Part shown: positions 28,968-36,992 of the stretch, piece after piece
How positions within the stretch are numbered: position 1 is the stretch's first letter
Layout of the letters: each line of letters opens with the position of its first letter
DNA from: an uncultured Pseudomonadales bacterium
Lineage (GTDB): Bacteria > Patescibacteriota > Microgenomatia > UBA1400 > PJMF01
Direction of reading: 5' to 3'
Assembly: GCA_964521215.1 (NCBI GenBank)
Contig: CAZFRD010000004.1
Coordinates: 241-64,240, forward strand
DNA: 64,000 nt
Made by a program: the position numbers and the translations under genes
Notes under the pieces: model-generated
What the model was told of the DNA's origin: nothing
Database searches by the model: none
What the model saw: only the letters and a program-made list of their open reading frames with translations

Positions 28968-29386
28968 AATGGTGAGACTGATTCGGCAATGGCTTCAGCC
29001 CTTGGTTCAACTTGGGCAAGATACTGGTGATAGCGATCTTGATCCCAAATTTCAATCCAAGAATAACTCCCGACGATCACCACTTGTTTGACCAAGCGAG
29101 CGAACTCGATCAAGTACTCGGGCAGTTGTACTCGACCTTGGGGATCTGCTTGAATTTCTCGAGCTTCATTAGTAAGTAAACGAACAAAATCTCGGTGCGA
29201 CTGTTTTGTGAAGGTGCTGGTGGCGATTTGCTGAAGTTGTTGCTGGTATTCCGCTTTGGGGAATACGAACAGTCCTCCATCTAGGCCACGGGTAACAACC
29301 CATTCTGTTACCTGCTCACGAAATGTTCTTGGCAGTGAGATTCTTCCCTTATCTTCCAGGTGGTGGTAGTATCTGCCAATAAACAT
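28964..29386 (-). CDS. mraZ: Transcriptional regulator MraZ
   Basis: 'MFIGRYYHHLEDKGRISLPRTFR' is the duplicated SpoVT/AbrB-like MraZ domain; 140 aa. First gene of the dcw cluster. Confidence 0.9.
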   Translation of the reverse strand: MFIGRYYHHLEDKGRISLPRTFREQVTEWVVTRGLDGGLFVFPKAEYQQQLQQIATSTFTKQSHRDFVRLLTNEAREIQADPQGRVQLPEYLIEFARLVKQVVIVGSYSWIEIWDQDRYHQYLAQVEPRAEAIAESVSPL

Positions 29387-29403
29387 TTCTATTTTGATAC
29401 TTT

Positions 29404-29434
29404 ACCACTTTTTACCACCAGCAACAACTATCAC
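29404..29434 (-). promoter_or_regulatory. Putative MraZ operator: GTGGT direct repeats with 10-bp periodicity plus an upstream GTGAT
   Basis: On the minus strand the sequence reads GTGAT-n11-GTGGT-aaaaa-GTGGT, i.e. ACCAC at 29404-29408 and 29414-29418 on the plus strand. It resembles the known MraZ boxes, which are TGGGN/GTGG repeats spaced 10 bp apart. Located 18-48 bp upstream of the mraZ start codon. Confidence 0.35.
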
Positions 29435-29492
29435 ATAACTAGCACAAACTGTAAAGACAAAGAAAAGACGAAATACTGTAGAATAATTTTTA

Positions 29493-29668
29493 TGAATCCA
29501 GAGAAAATCAAGGGAGAAGCGGAAAAGAAAAGAAAATCAATTCAGGAACTATGGGAGGAAAGCGATCGCATTACTCAAGAAATTATCAAGCACCCATGGA
29601 AGTATCCACTTCAGTATTTAATGATGCTCTTGGGAAGGATGCCTGACAAAAAATCAAAACAAAAATAA
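29493..29668 (+). CDS. Small hypothetical protein (58 aa, Lys-rich)
   Basis: ORF only; the ORF track extends to 29360 but that part overlaps the mraZ start. No recognisable domain. Confidence 0.2.
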
Positions 29669-29688
29669 ATTATTGAGTTGAGAGAAAA

Positions 29689-30486
29689 TTATTTTACAAC
29701 CGCCAAATAAAGTGGTGCAAGAGGAACCTCGGCTGTAATGGTTTTGCCGTCAGTTGTACCTTGGACATAGCTCCACTCTGCCCCATCCCAAACCGCGACG
29801 TGCGTTGCACCTTCTTGATTGGCGCGGATTGTTAGATCGGCTTCTCCCTTGATCGCCGATGTAGTTTCAAGCGAAAAAATTTCTGAGGCTACCGTGCCCT
29901 CTAAACCGTCAGGATAACCTGGCGTGTTGAACACAATTGAGTACCTTTGTTTTGCTAGTTCAGGTGAAGATAGTTGCAACTTAGCATCTTTGGAAGCCAC
30001 ATCTGGGCTTTTGGTTTTGTTATCAAAGTAGCGCCATTCAGACTTGAGCGCATATTTGGTGTCAGCTGAATAACGGGTTAAAAGTGTGCCACCAATAATA
30101 TCGGTATGGTAAGTGCAGGCACCACCAGCGCTACAGCTACCAAGTAGGATTTTGACGCTACTAGGTAACTCAGTCAGAGCCAGTTTACCAAAGGCACCTT
30201 GGAGTAGTGAGCCAGCTTGGTATTCTAGTTCATATTCAGTTTCCACTGCTGTTTTCTTGAGCGATACAACAGTCAGAGTCAAATTTCTACCATCGCTTTC
30301 GGGGTGAATGGTAATAAATGGTCGCTCAGCAACGGGAATAGTATTAACTTGTTCTGGAGCGACCTTTTTGGTTGGAGTGGTTTCAGTAGAAGAGTCTGAT
30401 TTGCCAAATTTTGTTATCACCACTATTCCCACGATGAGCAAAATAACTAAACCAACAATACTGGGGATGAGGATTTTTTTATTCAT
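29689..30486 (-). CDS. Hypothetical membrane-anchored secreted protein
   Basis: N-terminal signal-anchor 'IPSIVGLVILLIVGIVVI' followed by a beta-rich extracytoplasmic domain with paired Cys (CSAGGAC). Confidence 0.5.
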   Translation of the reverse strand: MNKKILIPSIVGLVILLIVGIVVITKFGKSDSSTETTPTKKVAPEQVNTIPVAERPFITIHPESDGRNLTLTVVSLKKTAVETEYELEYQAGSLLQGAFGKLALTELPSSVKILLGSCSAGGACTYHTDIIGGTLLTRYSADTKYALKSEWRYFDNKTKSPDVASKDAKLQLSSPELAKQRYSIVFNTPGYPDGLEGTVASEIFSLETTSAIKGEADLTIRANQEGATHVAVWDGAEWSYVQGTTDGKTITAEVPLAPLYLAVVK

Positions 30487-30507
30487 ACAAGCAGTGAGTA
30501 TACGAGA

Positions 30508-31914
30508 TTATGACACTGATTTCAAATATGCTAAGAGCTCATCAAGATGAAGGCGTTTTTGCTCGGTTGTGTCTCGATCTCGAATCGTCACGGTTTGGTC
30601 TTCCAAAGTTTGGAAATCAATCGTGACGCATGAGGGAGTGCCGATCTCATCTTGGTAAAGATAACGCTTGCCGATATTACCCCGATCATCCCAGGTTGAT
30701 CGCAAATTTGGCAATAGTTGGTGGAAAATTTCCTCAGCTTTTGCCACCAGCTCGGGTTTATTTTTGAGCAATGGGAAAACTGCCACTTGATAGGGCGCAA
30801 GAGCCGATTTGAGTCGGAGAACCGTGCGTTGACGTTCGGTATCCTCCCAGTAAGCTTCACACAGTAACATTAGCATGGTTCTGCCGATACCCAGCGCAGG
30901 CTCAATTACGTGAGGAATAAGGGTTTTTCCGGTTTGGGGGTCGCGGTAGCTAAGATCTTCGCCTGATAATTTTTGGTGCTGAGTTAGATCGTAGTTGGTC
31001 CGGTACGCGACCCCCCACAACTCCTTGAAGCCAAAAGGAAATTGATAGTCTAGATCGTAAGTATCTTTTGAATAATGACTCCGTTCGGTATCTGTATGTT
31101 GTCTCCACTGCAGATGCTCGGCCGATACACCCATCGTTTCAGTCACAAACTGCCACATCTTTTCTTTCCACTGCTCTAGTAATTTCTGCCAATCAGTAGT
31201 TTCTGGATCAAAGAAATATTCAATTTCAGCCTGTTCCAATTCCAAGGTACGGAAGATAAATTGACCGGTTGTCACTTCGTTGCGAAAACTTTTACCAATT
31301 TGCCCAATGCCAAAGGGAAGCTGAACTCGAGTTGAATTTAATACTTGTTTGAAGTTGCTAAAGATACCCTGAGCTGTTTCACCCCGCAAGTAGACTTTGG
31401 CTTTTTCGTCAGCGACTGAGCCAATAGCGGTTTCAAACAGCAAGTTGAATTGTTTGGGTTCACTGACAGGGTTGCCCTCGGGACTCAGAACCTTGTATTT
31501 ATATATCACCTCGCCCATTTGGGGAACGCTTAAATCTTCAATTGATTTATTTTGTAGTTCACTAGGAATTTGATTTTGTAGCTTGAGCCAGCCCTCTATT
31601 AGGTGATCAGCTCGGTAGCGCTTGTGAGTTTTTATATCTTCCACCAAGGGATCGTTAAATGATGCCACATGGCCAGATGCCACCCAGGTTTGTGGATGTA
31701 ACATTATCTGAGTATCGAGGCCAACCATATCTGGGCGAGTTTCAATAAAACTGCGCCACCACTCATTGCGGATATTCTTCAACAATTGTGCGCCAAGGGG
31801 TCCAAAATCGTAAGAGCTGGCCAAACCACCATATATTTCTGAAGTGGGGTAAACAAAGCCTCTCCGCTTGCAGAGGGAAACGATGGCTTCAAGTGATGGA
31901 CTTGGGTTGGACAT
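30508..31914 (-). CDS. glyQS: Glycyl-tRNA synthetase, alpha2 (dimeric) type
   Basis: 'RRGFVYPTSEIYGGLASSYDFGPLGAQLLKNI' is the class II GlyRS N-terminus; 468 aa with a C-terminal anticodon-binding domain. Confidence 0.9.
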   Translation of the reverse strand: MSNPSPSLEAIVSLCKRRGFVYPTSEIYGGLASSYDFGPLGAQLLKNIRNEWWRSFIETRPDMVGLDTQIMLHPQTWVASGHVASFNDPLVEDIKTHKRYRADHLIEGWLKLQNQIPSELQNKSIEDLSVPQMGEVIYKYKVLSPEGNPVSEPKQFNLLFETAIGSVADEKAKVYLRGETAQGIFSNFKQVLNSTRVQLPFGIGQIGKSFRNEVTTGQFIFRTLELEQAEIEYFFDPETTDWQKLLEQWKEKMWQFVTETMGVSAEHLQWRQHTDTERSHYSKDTYDLDYQFPFGFKELWGVAYRTNYDLTQHQKLSGEDLSYRDPQTGKTLIPHVIEPALGIGRTMLMLLCEAYWEDTERQRTVLRLKSALAPYQVAVFPLLKNKPELVAKAEEIFHQLLPNLRSTWDDRGNIGKRYLYQDEIGTPSCVTIDFQTLEDQTVTIRDRDTTEQKRLHLDELLAYLKSVS

Positions 31915-31940
31915 AATTACTTTCTGTTAGGCTGAAAAAG

Positions 31941-32110
31941 GTACAAAAAAACCTCCACCAGCGATATCTACTGATGAAGGGACCCGAGTTGGGCGGTTCC
32001 ACCCCTCTTCCTTGAAACAAGCTCTAAAGCCTCGATCCAAGACGTCTTTTTGTACTTTACCTTGTATCTTTTGATTTGCTTGCCAAGGGCAGATAGCAAA
32101 GTAAATATAA
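31941..32110 (-). promoter_or_regulatory. Putative T-box riboswitch leader (glycine specifier) of glyQS
   Basis: The minus-strand transcript contains 'AGAGGGGUGGAACCGCCC', matching the T-box consensus AGGGUGGNACCGCG. This is followed by the terminator hairpin CCUUCAUCAG-uagauaucg-CUGGUGGAGG plus U7 (plus-strand 31944-31980). About 95 nt upstream is 'CUUGGCAAG', carrying the Gly codon GGC followed by A. The leader ends about 30 nt before the ATG. Confidence 0.5.
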
Positions 32111-32224
32111 AATCATTGTAATCTATTAAACCACCGCTGTCAATACTAATACTATAGGACTTATAAAAGACTCATAAAGACTATTTGTGATACAATAAGG
32201 ACTAATATATTTATATTAAAAAAT

Positions 32225-32938
32225 ATGCATAGTAAAGAAAGAGATCAAGCAAGCAATACTAAGATCTCATTAGTATCTCGCGAACTCACAGCAGATGAAC
32301 TAATATGTTTTCTTACAGAAGAAAGAGAAAAATTCCGAATAAATGAAGAAAAGAAACTAGAGGAAAAACTCCGGATGAAGGCAGAAGCAGAAGGGCTAGC
32401 TAGTGAGAAGCGTCTTAAATTCTATCGGAGACAAAAGGAAGAAATTGAAGCAAATTTAAGTAATCCCCAACTACCAGTTCTGATGAAAGAATTATTTAAA
32501 CTAATATTAGCAAGAGAAGATATAATCGAAATTGATCTAAATTCTGAAATGAATTTAGATACTGTCGTAGTCAGCAGCGATGACCAGTATGAGGTATATA
32601 CACATTTACCTACCGATTTTGCTCAGGAAGATTTTGCTTTCACCAACCGCGTTGCAACTGGCGAACGTAATTATGAAACTAGAAAAGTCACGGTTTCTTT
32701 TAAATTCACTTTTGATCAACAAGACAAACCAGCGATCACAATGACTTTTAGTATCAAGGATAAGAATGAAGTTAAAGCTGAAACATATCTGAGAACAGCA
32801 AGTGAGCTATCAGGGTTCATTGATTTGTTGTTCGCCTATTTAGTAAAGCATCAATCTCCGCCATTTTCACCATATTCATTTATCACAGAGCTTCAATTAA
32901 CACAATATAAAAGACAAATAACTTATCAACTTAGGTAA
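32225..32938 (+). CDS. Hypothetical protein (ORFan; charged coiled-coil N-terminal segment plus beta-rich C-terminal domain)
   Basis: Open reading frame with coding-like composition, AT-richer than neighbours by eye. No recognisable motif. Confidence 0.4.
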   Translation: MHSKERDQASNTKISLVSRELTADELICFLTEEREKFRINEEKKLEEKLRMKAEAEGLASEKRLKFYRRQKEEIEANLSNPQLPVLMKELFKLILAREDIIEIDLNSEMNLDTVVVSSDDQYEVYTHLPTDFAQEDFAFTNRVATGERNYETRKVTVSFKFTFDQQDKPAITMTFSIKDKNEVKAETYLRTASELSGFIDLLFAYLVKHQSPPFSPYSFITELQLTQYKRQITYQLR

Positions 32939-33001
32939 AACTCATTCTCAAGACGAATTAAAAAATAACAGGATTATTATCCTTTGAGGTGATTTAGAAG
33001 A

Positions 33002-33808
33002 TTATTCCTCATTGTAGTTTGTGTAATGAATTTTTCCGTTTTCAAAATAAGCTGGTTCAGCACCAATTCCTGCAGGACCAGCATCTTCAGCAATCACAGA
33101 GCAAGTAGTTGAACAAAGAAGTACAGCATATGGATTCTCTCGGTAATCTTTGCCATTTAGTGTGAAGTATCCCGCAGTTAGTACGAGACTTTTTCCATCG
33201 TCTGACCAACTTTCTTCGGTAAAATTAGGAAAGTAAATTTTAGAGAATAAATTGTGTATCTTGAAATTATTCACATCTACCATGACGAGCGCATTTTCTG
33301 CAGGTGCTCCCCCACTCAAAACAAATTCATCTGAATACGTCACGATAAATAGCCAATTTTTATTGGGTGAAATAGAGTAGTTACTAACATTTTCAACTTT
33401 TAATGAATTTGGTCCAGCTATGTAATCAAATGCTTTAACTTCATCGCTTGTGCAATACTGATATTCAGGAAGACTTTGAATGGTTTCACAAGTATATGTA
33501 GAATTTTGTTGATTTTCAGTAAGAGTGGAAATTATCTCACCATTCTTGATGATTATTGACTGTTCATTTGTAGTGATTGATGTTTCCACATTTGTGTCAG
33601 ATCGATTGATAATGTTCAGAGTGGATGAAAAAATACTTTGTTTCGACTTGTTTGTTTCCGCATAGATACCAAAAATCGTGATTGCTACAACGCTAATCAG
33701 GCAAAGTGAGCCGATGATAAAAATTTGATGGGCATGATCACGTAAAATTCTGTTGAGCCAATATTCAGTTGCTGGGGAAAACTTATAACTTGAAATTTTT
33801 TTTGTCAT
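33002..33808 (-). CDS. Hypothetical membrane-anchored extracytoplasmic protein
   Basis: N-terminal TM 'IFIIGSLCLISVVAITIFGIY', an Asn/Ser/Thr-rich beta domain, and C-terminal Cys pairs. Confidence 0.45.
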   Translation of the reverse strand: MTKKISSYKFSPATEYWLNRILRDHAHQIFIIGSLCLISVVAITIFGIYAETNKSKQSIFSSTLNIINRSDTNVETSITTNEQSIIIKNGEIISTLTENQQNSTYTCETIQSLPEYQYCTSDEVKAFDYIAGPNSLKVENVSNYSISPNKNWLFIVTYSDEFVLSGGAPAENALVMVDVNNFKIHNLFSKIYFPNFTEESWSDDGKSLVLTAGYFTLNGKDYRENPYAVLLCSTTCSVIAEDAGPAGIGAEPAYFENGKIHYTNYNEE

Positions 33809-33814
33809 CAGAGC

Positions 33815-34360
33815 CTAATCTTTTACACTCAAATAATTATAACTTTTTATTGGTCGATCAGAAAGCGCTCCGACATAGTCACCAATGGTTTCGTACTTGG
33901 AATCTTCGGGGTCTTGGAAACCCAATTGAGTGATAATTGAGCGAAATGTGGTGCGAACCTCTGACGATCCCAGTCGATTGCGAGTGATATTGCGACGAAG
34001 TTGGATGATTTGGTTGAAAATTTTGGACTCGAGTTCATTTTCTATAAACAAACGCTCGCAAAGTTCTAGAAATTGCGACAGTTGGCGCATACGAGTCAAA
34101 GTACTCTCCATCAGCGAACAATCTTCCTCCATTAAGGCTTGAGTCAGCAACGGCATACTTTTTGTTTCTAGCCAGTGGAAGCGAACCAGATTGCCTGGTT
34201 GGAGGGCGGAACGCTTGGTCGATTTGAGTGTTCTGACACCTTTGGCGCGGCAAACTAGTTTGCCGCGCTCTTGAGTTAGTAGCGTCACTATTACATCGGT
34301 CTCACCCACCTTAACCCGTTTTAAGACCAATCCTTGTGAGGTGTACGTGCGTTTAGTCAT
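33815..34360 (-). CDS. recO: RecO-like recombination mediator (N-terminal OB domain plus helical region; lacks the C-terminal zinc domain)
   Basis: 'GLVLKRVKVGETDVIVTLLTQERGKLVCRAKGVRTLKSTKRSALQPGNLVRF' aligns with the RecO_N consensus (vAKGaR..kS.l.gaLQPf). Confidence 0.6.
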   Translation of the reverse strand: MTKRTYTSQGLVLKRVKVGETDVIVTLLTQERGKLVCRAKGVRTLKSTKRSALQPGNLVRFHWLETKSMPLLTQALMEEDCSLMESTLTRMRQLSQFLELCERLFIENELESKIFNQIIQLRRNITRNRLGSSEVRTTFRSIITQLGFQDPEDSKYETIGDYVGALSDRPIKSYNYLSVKD

Positions 34361-34372
34361 ACAAACAGCTGG

Positions 34373-36319
34373 CTACCAGTCGGTGCTGTAGGAAGTATCT
34401 TTATCAATCAGCAGTTCGTCTCTACCACCAGTGACTTCCATAGTGAGACCGTAGTCAGTGATCCCGCCCTGTTTCCAAACCTGCAGTCGATAGGCTGATT
34501 GCTCGTAAGGCACGGAATAACTGAGTCGAATCTTGGCGACTCCATTTGGTTCAAGAATAAAAAATCCGTCAATGACAGTAAACCCTAATTCGTCGTAGAC
34601 CTTAGCTTCTTTAGTAAAGCCAGTTGCCTCGATTAGCTCTGATCCTTGTGGCACATAAATTCTTGTCCAATCTCGGAGAGTCGAGTTCAAACACAATAAA
34701 CCCGCTTCTAAATTACAATTATCAGCCTTGCGGGTGTTTTTGTAAGTAATTTCTACCGTCTTTTTAATTTTCCCCTCGGCTGGAGCTTCAACCTGTTGCA
34801 CCACATCATAGTTGGTAAAGAGATTTGATTTTGCTCCACCCAAGTTGGCATTAACCACAGCAAGAAAATCTTCGCCATCGGTGGGCGGTTTCATCCTGCC
34901 AGCTAAATTGATCGCTTCGGCAGCTTTTTGGAGTGATTCATCAATATAATAAACTTGAATGTGTCTACCTTGCAAAGCCGCAATCATCGCTTGAAACAGC
35001 GGTCCGTTTTTCTCACTGGGTGCGTCGTAGGCTTTGGATAAAATCGCTCGCATGAAAGGTCCAAGTACCCCCTTGCGATCCACCTTAATATAATTTGTTG
35101 GTCGAGTAATAATTTCTGATAACGCATAGACAACCTGAGGACAATCGCAGCGTTTATCAATCTCCGCCGAAAAAGTGCCGTAACCGGGAACTTGGACCGG
35201 ACCAAGAGTTTCTAGCAATTGTTTTAAGACCTCAGTATCGACGGTGATAATGCCGTCAATATTCTTATCCCCAACTTTGGCATAGTTGCTCAAAAATTGT
35301 TCCATTGACACTTTGAAATCCGGCGAAATATTCATGTCGCGCAAGTTCCAATATTTTTCTGTGGTGAGGTACCTACCCAAAGCCTCAGGGATTGGAATTT
35401 TTGAGCGAAGCTTAGCATCGAGCGGATAAATATCATCTGATGTTTCTGGAGTGACTTTGCCGTCTTCAATAAAAATAGTCGAATAGGCAGTGAGAAAGCC
35501 TCCTGTGGGTCTTAGTTCGTTATCATTTTGAAACAGCACTAAGTATTTAAGACGCTTGCCTCTACCCCCAGCCATTATTGGCAGTTGTTCAATGACTGGT
35601 CGAAATTCGGTGACGGCAGTCAATGCCGATTGAGAAAGTGATTGAGCCTGAAGCACTAGTGGGCGGATTGGTTGCGTTCCCATTTTTTCTGGGTAACGGT
35701 TGGCATCAATCTGCCCCAACGCAGTCACTGCCGTTTGAATATCGGCGGTGATAGCATCAAGCTCCGGCATGGCTTTATCGAGCGTATCGAGGATTAACTT
35801 AATCCGATTTTCCGCCGTACCACTACCAGAAGCGGTTGGAGTTTGACCATTGAGTCCGAGCACATCGGCGTAGGGTTCGACCGCAAAGATAGCTTTTTGA
35901 GTGGCGGCTAAGCCAGCCTCGGCAGCTGTGAAGCCTGCTAACCCATCTTGATAATAGTTTTTAGCAATCGGCATGATGCTCAAAAAGCTTAATTTATAGT
36001 ATTCATTTTTGATCGTTTCTAGCTCGGCTGGAATTTTCTCCAACTCAGCTTTTGCACCAGGTAAATTTTGGGCTACAAGCTGTTGCATGACAGCTTGACC
36101 GGTGTACTGCATAACGAAAGCCTGCTGTTTGATCTGCTGTACAACCGAAAAAATATAAATGGCTACACCCGCAATAATGCCAATGAAGAGCACAATTAAA
36201 AGTCCAAATATTAATAATATTCGCTTTTTGAGACTAGGTGTTTGGGACACCGGTTTGAGGTTGGGTTCGGTGGCTGGCAATTTTCTGGAAAAACGTGGCA
36301 GGGCAATTTTCATAGACAA
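34373..36319 (-). CDS. Large bitopic envelope protein of unknown function (possibly DUF4012-like) heading the glycan locus
   Basis: Single N-terminal TM then about 590 extracytoplasmic residues. Conserved-looking block 'LFQNDNELRPTGGFLTAYSTIFIEDGKV'. The DUF4012 assignment is from memory and not verified. Confidence 0.45.
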   Translation of the reverse strand: MSMKIALPRFSRKLPATEPNLKPVSQTPSLKKRILLIFGLLIVLFIGIIAGVAIYIFSVVQQIKQQAFVMQYTGQAVMQQLVAQNLPGAKAELEKIPAELETIKNEYYKLSFLSIMPIAKNYYQDGLAGFTAAEAGLAATQKAIFAVEPYADVLGLNGQTPTASGSGTAENRIKLILDTLDKAMPELDAITADIQTAVTALGQIDANRYPEKMGTQPIRPLVLQAQSLSQSALTAVTEFRPVIEQLPIMAGGRGKRLKYLVLFQNDNELRPTGGFLTAYSTIFIEDGKVTPETSDDIYPLDAKLRSKIPIPEALGRYLTTEKYWNLRDMNISPDFKVSMEQFLSNYAKVGDKNIDGIITVDTEVLKQLLETLGPVQVPGYGTFSAEIDKRCDCPQVVYALSEIITRPTNYIKVDRKGVLGPFMRAILSKAYDAPSEKNGPLFQAMIAALQGRHIQVYYIDESLQKAAEAINLAGRMKPPTDGEDFLAVVNANLGGAKSNLFTNYDVVQQVEAPAEGKIKKTVEITYKNTRKADNCNLEAGLLCLNSTLRDWTRIYVPQGSELIEATGFTKEAKVYDELGFTVIDGFFILEPNGVAKIRLSYSVPYEQSAYRLQVWKQGGITDYGLTMEVTGGRDELLIDKDTSYSTDW

Positions 36320-36341
36320 ACAGTATAGCAGATATTGAGGA

Positions 36342-36992
36342 TTACCACTTAGAAATCATGGCTTTGGGAGTTTTAATCAATAACATGATATCTTCAACGA
36401 TACTGTGCCGACTAGCGTAAGCGGCATCGATTTTTGCACGTTGATCGAACGGAATTTCATTGCGTCCGCTGGTTTGCCAGACTCCAGTAATACCAGGTTT
36501 GACGGACAAAATTAAAGGGATATATCCTTTGGTAATTGGATATTTTTTACATTGTTCTGCCAGCTCATTTTTGAGATATGCTCGAGGACCAACCATGCTC
36601 ATATCGCCAATTAACACATTGATTAATTGAGGAAATTCGTCGATAGTCAATGAACGTAACACTTTGCCTATTTTAGTAATTCTTGGATCGTTCTTAATCT
36701 TCCAATCTCCATTTTTGAACTCTTCCAACAATTTTTTGTCTTGATTATGCAAGATATCGTCGGCGTTATGAACCATAGAACGAAACTTAAATAAGTAAAA
36801 TTCACGTCCGTCTTTCCCCAATCTTCGATGTTTGAATAATATTGGAGTACCAGAGTCTAGGTAAATTAAAATTGGCACCAAGATCCAAAATGGAAGAAAT
36901 AAGATCATTAGGAGCAAAGCGACTACAACATCGAGAATTCGCTTCATCACTTCATACCAAAGAGCCTGGTGAAAGTGTTTTGGCCAATTCAT
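36342..36992 (-). CDS. Polyprenyl-phosphate sugar-1-phosphate transferase (bacterial sugar transferase, WbaP/WcaJ C-terminal-domain type)
   Basis: 'ILDVVVALLLMILFLPFWILVPILIYLDSGTPILFKHRRLGKDGREFYLFKFRSM' and 'PGITGVWQTSGRNEIPFDQRAKIDAAYA' are canonical Bac_transf motifs. Confidence 0.85.
   Translation of the reverse strand: MNWPKHFHQALWYEVMKRILDVVVALLLMILFLPFWILVPILIYLDSGTPILFKHRRLGKDGREFYLFKFRSMVHNADDILHNQDKKLLEEFKNGDWKIKNDPRITKIGKVLRSLTIDEFPQLINVLIGDMSMVGPRAYLKNELAEQCKKYPITKGYIPLILSVKPGITGVWQTSGRNEIPFDQRAKIDAAYASRHSIVEDIMLLIKTPKAMISKW

Noticed and set aside
29360-29492. Upstream portion of the small plus-strand ORF 29360..29668
   Set aside because: It overlaps the mraZ start codon and the putative MraZ operator. 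If the gene is real it more likely starts at the internal Met at 29493, and even then support is weak.
32939-33001. Short hairpin AGGAT-tatt-ATCCT between convergent genes 32225(+) and 33002(-)
   Set aside because: It is a 5-bp AT-rich stem with a weak T-run, too weak to call a terminator with confidence.
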